Shown: positions 38,575 to 47,287 of the stretch, in pieces
How positions within the stretch are numbered: position 1 is the stretch's first letter
Layout: the number at the start of each line of letters is the position of its first letter
From: Patescibacteria group bacterium
Lineage (GTDB): Bacteria > Patescibacteriota > Patescibacteriia > JBAZBY01
Assembly (NCBI GenBank): GCA_041671225.1
Contig: JBAZBY010000001.1
Location: 622,940-686,939 of the forward strand
Direction of reading: 5' to 3'
Length of the DNA: 64,000 nucleotides
Notes under the pieces: generated by a model
Seen by the model: only the letters and a program-made list of their open reading frames with translations
Told to the model about the DNA's origin: nothing
The model's database searches: none
Translations under genes and position numbers: made by a program

Positions 38575-39237
38575 ATGGGAGTACCAAAACAATTGCAGAA
38601 GCATTTGGATGAATCGAACGCAGAGTATGATGTTGCAGAACATCGTACCGTCTTTACTGCGTATGACCTCGCCCAGACATTGCGCCGCGACTTGGCAGAC
38701 ATCGCAAAGACGCTGCTCATCAAAACAGAAGAAGGTTTGAAACTCGTTGTGGTTCCGGCATCCAAACGCTTGAATCTTGTTAAGTTAAAGAAGGCATTAG
38801 GTGTAAAAAAGCTTTCTATTGCGTCTGAGAAGGATATGCAGAAGGCATATGGCGTGAAGCCCGGCGCCATCCATGCATTTGGTTCTGTTTTGAAGGGAAC
38901 GCCCGTGGTGGTGGATCGTGCGCTTGCAAAGGCAAAAGAGTTGGTTTTTCCAACAGGAAGCTTCACAGATTCACTGCGCATGAAGGCAAAGATATATCTT
39001 TCGCTTGAAAATCCTGTGATCGCAAGTTTCACCGATGCGGCAAAATTAAAACTCACCGCAAAGAGCGCCGCAGACCGCGCAAAGGGGAAGAAGAAGCATA
39101 AGAAGGGCAAAGGGCCGCGTAAAGCAGGAACCGTTTCTCGCAAAAAGAGCGCATCAAAGTCCGGCAAAGCCGGATCCGGCTCTGCCGGAAAAAAGTCGGT
39201 GACAAAGGTCACAAAACGCAAAACCCGAAAACGCTAA
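38575..39237 (+). CDS. YbaK/ProX-like aminoacyl-tRNA deacylase domain protein with long Lys-rich C-terminal tail
   Basis: TLLIKTEEGLKLVVVPASKRLNLVKLKKALGVKKLSIASEKDMQKAYGVKPGAIHAFG resembles YbaK editing domain; tail KGKKKHKKGKGPRK... Confidence 0.6.
   Translation: MGVPKQLQKHLDESNAEYDVAEHRTVFTAYDLAQTLRRDLADIAKTLLIKTEEGLKLVVVPASKRLNLVKLKKALGVKKLSIASEKDMQKAYGVKPGAIHAFGSVLKGTPVVVDRALAKAKELVFPTGSFTDSLRMKAKIYLSLENPVIASFTDAAKLKLTAKSAADRAKGKKKHKKGKGPRKAGTVSRKKSASKSGKAGSGSAGKKSVTKVTKRKTRKR
39172..39195 (+). repeat. palindromic hairpin + A-run element ggatCCGGCtctGCCGGaaaaaag (copy 3 of 3), in frame (AGSGSAGKK)
   Basis: about 23 nt nearly identical to copy 1 at 17028. Confidence 0.6.
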
Positions 39238-39944
39238 TGCGCACTGTCCAGCTTTCACAGTTTCATGGTCCATTAGATCTTCTTCTTACGCTTATTGAAC
39301 GCGAGAAGTTGGATATCAGTGAGATTGCTCTAGCACAGGTCACAGAACAGTATCTTGGTTTTTTGACCGCAGCGGAGGAGATGGACGTTGAGGATCTCGC
39401 TGATTTCCTCGTTGTCGCTGCGCGGTTGCTCGTCATCAAATCTCGGGCGTTACTGCCAATGCTCACCGAGGAAGACGAAGATGCGGTTGATCTGGAGCGG
39501 CAGTTGAAAATTTACAAGGAGTATTACGATGCGGCGCAGGTCATGGCCGGCATGCTTCACAAGCATCGTTTCACATATGGGCGCGAAACAGCCGTACGGA
39601 TTGAGGCGCAGTTCTCGCCTCCGCCAAAACTTAAGGTGGATGGACTGCACGCTTCACTCTTGCATGTTCTGAAGCAGTTGGAACCGATTGTGCTCTACCG
39701 CGATGAAGCAACCATCAAACGCACGGTTTCACTGCGGGAAAAGATTGCACACATTCATAGTCTTCTTATGCAGAGCGAGAGTCTGGATTTCCACAACCTT
39801 CTTGAACGCGCAGAAAGCCGCACCGATGTTATCATTACCTTTCTTGCTATTCTAGAACTGGTAAAGCAGCAGCACGTGGTCGTGCAACAACAAAATATGT
39901 TCGATTCATTTCGCATAGATAAGCACAACGCAGAACCTTTATGA
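39237..39944 (+). CDS. scpA: segregation and condensation protein A
   Basis: HGPLDLLLTLIEREKLDISEIALAQVTEQYL. Confidence 0.85.
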   Translation: MRTVQLSQFHGPLDLLLTLIEREKLDISEIALAQVTEQYLGFLTAAEEMDVEDLADFLVVAARLLVIKSRALLPMLTEEDEDAVDLERQLKIYKEYYDAAQVMAGMLHKHRFTYGRETAVRIEAQFSPPPKLKVDGLHASLLHVLKQLEPIVLYRDEATIKRTVSLREKIAHIHSLLMQSESLDFHNLLERAESRTDVIITFLAILELVKQQHVVVQQQNMFDSFRIDKHNAEPL

Positions 39945-40564
39945 AACTCAAAGCGCAACTCGAGAGTATTCTTTTCATGAGTCCCGACCCGCTCAGTACC
40001 AAGAAGCTTGCAGTGATAACGCAGCACAAGCCCGAAGATATTGAAAAAGCTCTGGATGAACTTGGCAAGGATATTGCGGAGGGCGAACGTGGCGTGCTCC
40101 TGCAACGCACCGGTAAGGAAGTGCAGCTGACCTCACATCCAGATGCGGCAAAGCTTGTGGAGCAGTTTATTAAATCTGAAATGACCGGAGAACTCACTCG
40201 TCCGCAGCTGGAAACATTGACCATTGTCGCCTACCGAGGACCCATTGGGAAAATGGAGCTTGATCAGATTCGCGGCGTGAACTGCGCGCTTATTCTGCGC
40301 AATCTTTTGATTCGCGGTCTTATCACGCGCGGTGAGGTGGCGAAGGAAATCTATGAGTATGAAATCTCAATGGATTTCTTGCGTCATCTTGGCCTTTCAT
40401 ATGTACGCGAGCTCCCGAATTATGAGACGCTCTCAAGTCATGAATTGATTGAAGAGATGCTGAAGAAGCAGGAAGAGCGCGAAGCGGCGCAAGCAATGGA
40501 TGTCCCGCAGGAGATAAATGGATCGGCAGCAGAGGAAACCGCAGAAGGGGCATTGACGACATAG
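39941..40564 (+). CDS. scpB: segregation and condensation protein B
   Basis: ESILFMSPDPLSTKKLAVI... and TLTIVAYRGPIGKMELDQIRGV winged helices. Confidence 0.85.
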   Translation: MKLKAQLESILFMSPDPLSTKKLAVITQHKPEDIEKALDELGKDIAEGERGVLLQRTGKEVQLTSHPDAAKLVEQFIKSEMTGELTRPQLETLTIVAYRGPIGKMELDQIRGVNCALILRNLLIRGLITRGEVAKEIYEYEISMDFLRHLGLSYVRELPNYETLSSHELIEEMLKKQEEREAAQAMDVPQEINGSAAEETAEGALTT

Positions 40565-40565
40565 T

Positions 40566-41060
40566 ATGCTTGCCGCACTGGAACACGCTATTTTTTCTGC
40601 AGCCAATCCGATACTTGCGACCTTCTTATGGTCCATGCTTCCTGTAACAGAATTGCGCGCGACCATCCCGCTCGCCATCACCGCATATGGACTTTCCTCA
40701 TGGACCGCGTATGCTTTATCCGTTTTTGGAACGAGTACCATTACTTTTCTACTGCTTTTGCTGCTGGATCCTGCGGTGCGCCTGCTCCGACATATCGGTT
40801 TTATCGATCGCTTCATGCATTGGCTTTTTGCACGCACGCGTACGCGTTTCACCAAGGAGTCGGAACGATATGGCTTCTTCCTCGCCCTTGTTATCTTTGT
40901 TGCCATTCCATTGCCGGGGACAGGAGGCTGGACAGGCGCGTTGATCGCCTATCTCTTTGGCATTCCGCTGTGGCGCGCATTTGCCGCGATCACGCTGGGG
41001 CTCGTCCTTTCCGGATTCATCGTCCTTGCAATCACCAACGGCACACTCGCCATTTTCTAA
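40566..41060 (+). CDS. small multidrug-export-family (COG2426) integral membrane protein
   Basis: LPVTELRATIPLA motif and 4 TM segments. Confidence 0.55.
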   Translation: MLAALEHAIFSAANPILATFLWSMLPVTELRATIPLAITAYGLSSWTAYALSVFGTSTITFLLLLLLDPAVRLLRHIGFIDRFMHWLFARTRTRFTKESERYGFFLALVIFVAIPLPGTGGWTGALIAYLFGIPLWRAFAAITLGLVLSGFIVLAITNGTLAIF

Positions 41061-41066
41061 AAAAAC

Positions 41067-42002
41067 ATGTCAATGAAGAGTTCAAAAAAATCCACATCAT
41101 CCTTCCGCCCTCTTCTGATGGCAAATTGGAAGATGAGTCTCCTACATAGCGAGGCAACGCGCGTCGCAAAGACATTTGTAAAAATGAGCACCAGCCTGGC
41201 TGAAGATGTTGATCTTATTATATGTCCAACGTTTACATCTCTTTCAGCCGTTGGGCGGGTACTTCAGGATACGCATATTGCACTTGGGGCGCAGGATGTC
41301 TTTTGGGAAGAGAAGGGGAGTTACACTGGTGAGGTTTCTGTTGCTCAATTAATGGAACTCGGTGTGACGCATGTCATTCTTGGACACTCAGAACGCAGGC
41401 AGCATGTCGGTGAAACGAATGACATCGTGAATCGGAAGCTTCTTGCGGTTGTTCGTCATGGTCTCACGCCAATTCTTTGTGTTGGTGAGACAACAGAGGA
41501 GCGTCGAACTGGTCAGCAAGATCGCATTGTTTCAGAGCAGATTCGCCGCGCATTTCAAAATGTTCGTCCGCCATCTGGCAATCAGCAGTTTGTTGTTGCG
41601 TATGAGCCAATTTGGGCAATTGGAAGCGGGGAGCCCTGTGACCCGCAGGAAGCCGTGCGTATGGCAGAAGTGATTCACTATGCGCTGCTGGAGCTTTACG
41701 ATGAGCATGTTTTGCGTGATACTATTCGTATCACCTATGGCGGATCCGTGACTGCGGTGAATGTCCGTTCATATATTGGTCCCACTGCAATGCATGGCGC
41801 GCTCGTTGGTGGCGCGAGTCTTGATCCCGATTCCTTTCTTGCTATGACTGAAGCAGTTGCCCCACGAGATGTCTTTGTAGCATCAGCGCGCGTACCACAT
41901 AAACATTCTTCAACGAATGCACAAAGACATCAACAAAAGCAAAGAAGAGTATTTTCACAACGCCGCAGAACGCAAACTCGTTCGCGTCGTACTAAGAAAT
42001 AA
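41067..42002 (+). CDS. tpiA: triosephosphate isomerase with unusual ~45-aa basic C-terminal tail
   Basis: ANWKM, ILGHSERR, AYEPIWAIGSG motifs; tail ...HKHSSTNAQRHQQKQRRVFSQRRRTQTRSRRTKK. Confidence 0.85.
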   Translation: MSMKSSKKSTSSFRPLLMANWKMSLLHSEATRVAKTFVKMSTSLAEDVDLIICPTFTSLSAVGRVLQDTHIALGAQDVFWEEKGSYTGEVSVAQLMELGVTHVILGHSERRQHVGETNDIVNRKLLAVVRHGLTPILCVGETTEERRTGQQDRIVSEQIRRAFQNVRPPSGNQQFVVAYEPIWAIGSGEPCDPQEAVRMAEVIHYALLELYDEHVLRDTIRITYGGSVTAVNVRSYIGPTAMHGALVGGASLDPDSFLAMTEAVAPRDVFVASARVPHKHSSTNAQRHQQKQRRVFSQRRRTQTRSRRTKK

Positions 42003-42011
42003 ATAGCATCT

Positions 42012-43022
42012 ATGCCTACACCTATTCGTATTGGGATCAATGGCTTTGGACGCATCGGCCGCAGCGCGTTTAAAGTTGCTTTTGAGAAAAAGAATTGCGA
42101 GATTGTCGCTATTAATGATCTTTCTGATAATAAGGCGCTTGCGCATCTTTTGAAATATGATACTGCGTATGGCCGTTACAACCACGAGGTGGCTTCAACA
42201 AAGACCCAGCTTGTCGTTGATAAAAAGAAAATTCCCGTAACTGAATTCAAAGAGCCTGATAAGATTCCATGGAAGAAATATAAGGTCGATGTCGTTTTGG
42301 AATGCACAGGAAGATTTCTTGATGCCGAGGGCGCAGCAGGACATATCAAGGCAGGAGCAAAGCGCGTCGTGCTCTCTGCGCCCGGCAAAGGCGAGGGAAT
42401 ACAGACACTCGTTCTTGGTGTGAATGAAAAGGATGATAAAGGGGAAGCGATTATCTCCAATGCGTCCTGCACCACAAATTGTATTTCTCCGGTTGCGTAC
42501 CTCCTGAACAAGCATTTTGGCGTGAAGAAGGCAATGATGACAACCGTCCATTCCTATACCACAGACCAGGTACTGCAGGATAATGCACATAAAGATCTAC
42601 GGCGCGCACGTGCGGCAGCACAGAATATCATTCCGACCACAACAGGTGCGGCTATCGCAACCACAGAGACCATCCCAGAGCTCAAAGGAAAGTTTGACGG
42701 TTTGGCCATTCGTGTCCCAACCATCACCGTTTCACTCTCGGATTTCACCTTTCTTCTCAAGAAAAAAACAACCGCAGCACAGGTCAATAATGTCTTTAAG
42801 CGCGCGGCAGCCAATCCCTACTACAAAGGTATTCTTGCCGTCACAAACGAGCCGCTCGTTTCATCAGATTTTATTGGTGACCCGCATTCCAGCACGATTG
42901 ATCTTGGTCTCACAAAGGTTGTTGATGGGGATATGGTCAAAGTGATTGCGTGGTATGATAATGAGTGGGGTTACTCGAATCGATTGGTCGAAATGGCTAT
43001 TGGAGCTATTAAAAAGGCATAA
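42012..43022 (+). CDS. gap: glyceraldehyde-3-phosphate dehydrogenase
   Basis: INGFGRIGR NAD motif, ASCTTNC active site. Confidence 0.92.
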   Translation: MPTPIRIGINGFGRIGRSAFKVAFEKKNCEIVAINDLSDNKALAHLLKYDTAYGRYNHEVASTKTQLVVDKKKIPVTEFKEPDKIPWKKYKVDVVLECTGRFLDAEGAAGHIKAGAKRVVLSAPGKGEGIQTLVLGVNEKDDKGEAIISNASCTTNCISPVAYLLNKHFGVKKAMMTTVHSYTTDQVLQDNAHKDLRRARAAAQNIIPTTTGAAIATTETIPELKGKFDGLAIRVPTITVSLSDFTFLLKKKTTAAQVNNVFKRAAANPYYKGILAVTNEPLVSSDFIGDPHSSTIDLGLTKVVDGDMVKVIAWYDNEWGYSNRLVEMAIGAIKKA

Positions 43023-43059
43023 TTGCTTTAAACGCAGTTATCCACACCATTGAAAGGGG

Positions 43060-43248
43060 GTGACAAACAACGTGATGGGTTTAAATAATAAAGTACTTGC
43101 CGAGGCATTCTTCTGGTTTGCCATTACCACGGCAATCTTTGGCGTTGCAACACAGCTTTCTCAGCAGCTTATCTTTGCGAGTCCGTTTTTCTACATCGAG
43201 CTTGCAATGTTTGGTATGCTCGGAGCAATCTACACCAGCCGCAAATAG
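43060..43248 (+). CDS. small hypothetical membrane protein
   Basis: 62 aa, two hydrophobic segments; weak support. Confidence 0.25.
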   Translation: MTNNVMGLNNKVLAEAFFWFAITTAIFGVATQLSQQLIFASPFFYIELAMFGMLGAIYTSRK

Positions 43249-43420
43249 GGCGGACGGTTCATGTATCCTGTCTACTCGCCTCGTCGCGAAGCGGGCCGGC
43301 AGGCAGGCTTGCCCCCACCCTGTACCAGTCGCCTTTGGATCCGGTACAGGGCTATGCCTTTAGGGTGCTTTTGTATAGAGCTTGCCCGGCACCTAGCGCG
43401 CAGCGAGGAGTGGCGCGGGG

Positions 43421-43449
43421 TTGACGCCCGCAAAAACTTTGGGTAGCCT
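43421..43449 (+). promoter_or_regulatory. candidate promoter TTGACG-N17-TAGCCT upstream of tRNA-Glu
   Basis: ttgacg 43421-43426, 17-nt spacer, tagcct 43444-43449; overlaps the hairpin below. Confidence 0.3.
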
Positions 43450-43466
43450 GTCATGGCTACTTTTTT
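43443..43466 (+). terminator. hairpin + T6 run (possible terminator)
   Basis: gtagcc-tgtcat-ggctac followed by tttttt. Confidence 0.4.
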
Positions 43467-43514
43467 GCGGCTCGTCCGCTTCGCCAAAGGTGAGTGAGAC
43501 GAGGCACGCAACGT

Positions 43515-43589
43515 GGCCCCATCGTCTAATGGTTAGGACGCCAGGTTCTCATCCTGGTAATAGGGGTTCGATTCCCCTTGGGGCTACCA
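43515..43589 (+). tRNA. tRNA-Glu (anticodon CTC), CCA encoded
   Basis: ggcccca-tc-gtct-aatggtta-ggac-g-ccagg-ttCTCat-cctgg-taat-agggg-ttcgatt-cccct-tggggct-a-cca. Confidence 0.88.
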
Positions 43590-43771
43590 TACATACGGCC
43601 GCCATTCATGTGGCGGGCGGATGTATGGTATTCTTAGAAGGAGAATCGAACGGGCAGAAGCGAGACAAGCCGCTTGCCAAAGGCGCGGCGTAGGCGAGCG
43701 ATCGGTTCATGCAAGCACGCGCAGCATGAACCGCTGCCCAGGACAACGAGCCCGCCAAACAGCGGGCGAGG

Positions 43772-43793
43772 CGGAATTCCCCTTGGGGCTACC
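43772..43793 (+). repeat. duplicated tRNA-Glu 3'-end fragment (att-like), left copy
   Basis: ggaattccccttggggctacca; 19 nt identical to the tRNA-Glu 3' end. Confidence 0.6.
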
Positions 43794-43977
43794 ACTACAA
43801 AACGTTCCGACATTTCCCCAGATTTTTCATGGGCGCGGTTTGCGGCTGCAAAGGCTGCGGGATGTGGTGCATTGCCATCAAGAATCCATACACGCCTGCA
43901 CAGGACCTTTTCCGCGCCGACCTCGTGCTGGATTCGCTGGAAAATATGAATGAAACAATTCTTGCGCGCATTTCGGA

Positions 43978-44208
43978 GTGATTGATACGCGCGTCACAAA
44001 TACGGCAGATTTCATGTATAATACAAAAGCTATGCCAGAAATCATCAATACCTATCTCCTCACCGACCCGGAAACCGCGCTCCCGATGAATCGAGACGAT
44101 TTTTATGCTGAGCAGATTGCTGCCTTTAAAAAGGATGGAAAACCGACGCGGGCGAATGATGTTGTGCAGGTCTTTCTCTTCAGGTCGAACGGAGAATTAC
44201 TCGTTTAA
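43978..44208 (+). pseudogene. possible truncated Nudix-family N-terminal fragment
   Basis: 76-aa ORF ending ...NDVVQVFLFRSNGELLV (Nudix beta-strand start pattern), then a premature stop. Confidence 0.25.
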
Positions 44209-44341
44209 AAACGCGCAACGGAATCGCTTGTCGCCGCTTGCCGCTTTTGCGCTAGGCATGTAGGCCACGCCCTTGAAAAATTGCCAAAACGAGATAGCAT
44301 GAAGGGTATGGAATTAGAGCAACACTTCTCACGAGTCGAAC

Positions 44342-45271
44342 ATGCCGATATTTAGTTCGATCCTTGCCATTGCTGGCCTTTCGCTTTTTGAGACCATCAG
44401 CAGCATCGATAATGCGGTGATCAATGCCGAGGTGCTCTCCACCATGAGCCAGCGCGCACGGCGTTGGTTTCTCGTGTGGGGGCTCTTGTTCGCTGTGTTC
44501 ATCATCCGCGGTTTCCTGCCGTGGGCGATCGTTTGGGCGACCTCGCCCTCGCTCGGGCCCATCGGCGCGTTCACGGCATCGTTCAGCGGTGACCCGAAGG
44601 TCCACGCGGCCATTGAAGCATCAGCGCCGATCCTGCTTGCGGGCGGCGGCATTTTTCTCGTCTTTCTATTCTTCCACTGGCTCTTTTTGGAGCAGAAGAA
44701 CTTCGGCCTTCCGGGCGAGCGGTTCTTCATGCGCCAGGGTGTGTGGTTTTACACGGTGGTGTCCGTCATTCTTCTGGTGTCCGTGACTCTCGCCATTCGC
44801 ATGAATCCTTTGATGGCGCTCGGTGCCGTGGCCGGCTCCACGGCATTCTTCATCACGCACGGGTTCAAAGAGCAGGCGGAGAAGCAGGAGAAAGAGCTCA
44901 TGAAGCAGCACCTCTCCGATGCGAGTAAGATATTGTATCTTGAGGTCATTGACGCGACATTCTCCATTGACGGCGTGCTTGGCGCCTTCGCATTCACGCT
45001 GTCCGTGCCGCTCATCATCCTCGGCAACGGCCTTGGCGCAGTGATCGTGCGGCAACTGACCATCGGCAACATCTCGCGCATCAAGCGCTATCCCTTCCTC
45101 AAGAACGGCGCCATGTATTCCATCCTCGTGCTGGGGAGCATCATGCTACTGGATGCCTTTGGCTTGCACATCCCGCAATGGCTCTCCCCGGTGGTGACCT
45201 TCGTGACCATCGGCTATTTCTTCTGGAGATCCGTGCGCACAGGCCCGGCTCCCATACAAACCGCATCGTAA
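44342..45271 (+). CDS. TerC-superfamily (DUF475-like) integral membrane protein
   Basis: multi-TM; ETISSIDNAVINA motif; GC-rich. Confidence 0.5.
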   Translation: MPIFSSILAIAGLSLFETISSIDNAVINAEVLSTMSQRARRWFLVWGLLFAVFIIRGFLPWAIVWATSPSLGPIGAFTASFSGDPKVHAAIEASAPILLAGGGIFLVFLFFHWLFLEQKNFGLPGERFFMRQGVWFYTVVSVILLVSVTLAIRMNPLMALGAVAGSTAFFITHGFKEQAEKQEKELMKQHLSDASKILYLEVIDATFSIDGVLGAFAFTLSVPLIILGNGLGAVIVRQLTIGNISRIKRYPFLKNGAMYSILVLGSIMLLDAFGLHIPQWLSPVVTFVTIGYFFWRSVRTGPAPIQTAS

Positions 45272-45649
45272 ATGGAATATTCAAAGCATATCGGCCTTCC
45301 CGCGCGCTTCAAGCGGGTTGCCCCATTGCCCACGGGTACACGCATTGGTTATGCGTTTGCACTGGCCATTGGTTTTGGGATTGCAGCGGCCGCGCTCTTT
45401 AAAAACCTGCAGCCGCCAGAAGCATTTGACAGCTTTGGCGGCATTGCGGTCGGCATGCTCATGCTTTTCATTGGATTTTTAGTTTTTCTTGTGACAGTGT
45501 TCGTCGCGCCTGTGCAATTCAAGCGGTATACGAATGGAACGGCGGTGTTGATGACGCTAGCGTGGGACATTGTTATTGCGCTGGTATTGCTCATAGTGTA
45601 TTTTGGACTCGAGTTGCTCGGGTCATCTGAAATACGCACCATTCAATAG
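45272..45649 (+). CDS. hypothetical small membrane protein
   Basis: 125 aa, 3-4 TM segments. Confidence 0.4.
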   Translation: MEYSKHIGLPARFKRVAPLPTGTRIGYAFALAIGFGIAAAALFKNLQPPEAFDSFGGIAVGMLMLFIGFLVFLVTVFVAPVQFKRYTNGTAVLMTLAWDIVIALVLLIVYFGLELLGSSEIRTIQ

Positions 45650-45736
45650 GATATTTTTTTAACCTGTGCGCATGTGGAGCCGCAGTTCCCCCCTTGTCGG
45701 GCGAATTTTGCTATACTGTATTCGTTATACCACCAT

Positions 45737-46819
45737 ATGAAATTCAATCCATCGTCATATCTTTCCGTTCTGCGCAAGGCCACAAAACGCCCTGGCCCGC
45801 GCCCCGGTGCGGAACTTGTTCCGGTGAAGAAGACCGGTATCCCCACCACGATCCATCGGATGACGTATTCCCCGGAGCAGGTGACGGAAGAGGACGTGAA
45901 GGATCCCTCGGTATTGCATCGTCCCCGAGGCAGTGGCGTGCAGTGGATCGATGTGGCCGGACTGGAAGATATTGCAACTTTGGAAAAGGTCGCCGCCGCA
46001 TTCCACTTGCACTCGCTTGTCCTTGAGGACATCGTCCACACGAATCAACGGCCCAAGTTCGAGCGCTACGATGACATCATCTATATCGTCGCGCGCATGC
46101 TCACCATAGACCCGAAGACATCGGAGATCGCGGAAGAACAGGTGAGCATCGTCCATGGCAAAGGGTTCGTGATCCTCTTTCAGGAGAACCCCGGAGATAT
46201 CTTTGAGGACCTGCGCAATCGGATCCGGGCGAATGTCGGTCGGGCGCGCATGTCCGGTGCGGACTACCTGGTCTATTCCTTGCTCAGCACGCTCGTGGAC
46301 AGCTTTTATGATATCCTTGAGGAGATCGGCGAGCAGACGGAGTTCTTTGAGGAAAAGATCATCGCAGAACCGAACCGGAACGTCATCGGGGGGATCCACG
46401 ATCTGAAACAGCAGATCATCGTCCTGCGCCGTTCCATATGGCCCATCCGCGAGGTGGTTCTGCGCCTTCTGGATGAAGACCCCGGCTTGTTCCATAAAGA
46501 GACGCGGTTCTTCCTCCGCGATGTGGGCGACCATGCCATTCAGGCTGTGGACACAGTGGAAACGTACCGCGATCTGCTTTCCGGCCTCACCGACCTGTAC
46601 GTCTCCAGCATCTCCAACCGTACCAATGAGGTGATGAAGGTGCTCACCATCATCGCGACCATCTTCATTCCCTTGACGTTCATCGTCGGCCTCTACGGCA
46701 TGAACTTCAGGTACATGCCGGAACTTGAGCAGCGGTGGGGTTATCCCGCCATCCTCATTCTGATGTTCATCATTGCAATGGGCATGCTTGGGTACTTCAA
46801 GCGCAAGCGCTGGTTCTAA
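45737..46819 (+). CDS. corA: CorA-family Mg2+/Co2+ transporter
   Basis: C-terminal two TM helices with GMNF signature (YGMNFRYMPEL); start taken at internal ATG of the GTG-initiated ORF. Confidence 0.85.
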   Translation: MKFNPSSYLSVLRKATKRPGPRPGAELVPVKKTGIPTTIHRMTYSPEQVTEEDVKDPSVLHRPRGSGVQWIDVAGLEDIATLEKVAAAFHLHSLVLEDIVHTNQRPKFERYDDIIYIVARMLTIDPKTSEIAEEQVSIVHGKGFVILFQENPGDIFEDLRNRIRANVGRARMSGADYLVYSLLSTLVDSFYDILEEIGEQTEFFEEKIIAEPNRNVIGGIHDLKQQIIVLRRSIWPIREVVLRLLDEDPGLFHKETRFFLRDVGDHAIQAVDTVETYRDLLSGLTDLYVSSISNRTNEVMKVLTIIATIFIPLTFIVGLYGMNFRYMPELEQRWGYPAILILMFIIAMGMLGYFKRKRWF

Positions 46820-47187
46820 GCTTTTTCCAAAGACCCCGCGGCGCTTTCCTTCCTGACCTACGCCCGTTTTTCTGTACAATATTGTATTGTACTGCAGAAG
46901 AGGAGAATCATTCACCCGGCTACGAAAGCACGCCGCGCAGGATGCATGGCATGAGGAATGACAAAATTGAGAAGGGCTAAGTGGTGGAGAAACGCGAGTG
47001 CCCATCAAATGCAGAGTTCTATAATTTTCTCCTCTTTGATTTTTGCTACACTATGCAGGTATAAGCACGACAAAAGTACCACTATGGAAAAACCAAATCG
47101 TGAGATTCAGATAAACAAGGCATCCATTGCAGTCTCATTCACTGGACTCATGACAGTGGTTTTCATCTAACGGAGTTCTAAGGCAGT

Positions 47188-47210
47188 CGGAATTCCCCTT
47201 GGCAATACCA
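47188..47210 (+). repeat. duplicated tRNA-Glu 3'-end-like fragment, right copy
   Basis: cggaattccccttggcaatacca (19/23 identical to the left copy). Confidence 0.5.
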
Positions 47211-47287
47211 TGTGACGACTGTGTTTATTCAAAGCGCGTAGCGGCATTTCTGTTTGATTACGTATTGTGCCTTTCTAAGTCGATACA

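Larger units (their letters stand above)
43794..47187. mobile_element. putative remnant genomic island bounded by direct repeats derived from the tRNA-Glu 3' end; GC-rich; no integrase present
   Basis: direct repeats cggaattccccttgg at 43771 and 47188; contains TerC-like, small membrane protein, CorA, truncated Nudix ORF. Confidence 0.3.

Noticed and set aside
43230-43440. GC-rich structured intergenic region upstream of tRNA-Glu as RNase P RNA, SRP RNA or tmRNA
   Set aside because: The diagnostic conserved motifs (P4 GGAAAGUCCGG-type for RNase P, SRP helix-8 AGGUCCGGAAGGAAGCAGC-type, tmRNA tag reading frame) are not visible. Only generic hairpins are present.
45755-47008. 417-aa minus-strand ORF opposite corA
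   Set aside because: It is an antisense artefact of the GC-rich island. The CorA frame has the GMNF signature and terminal TM helices.
43794-47187. Search for an integrase, transposase or recombinase to go with the att-like tRNA repeats
   Set aside because: No ORF in or near any of the three tRNA-repeat loci shows tyrosine/serine recombinase or DDE transposase motifs. The islands are therefore called remnants rather than intact mobile elements.
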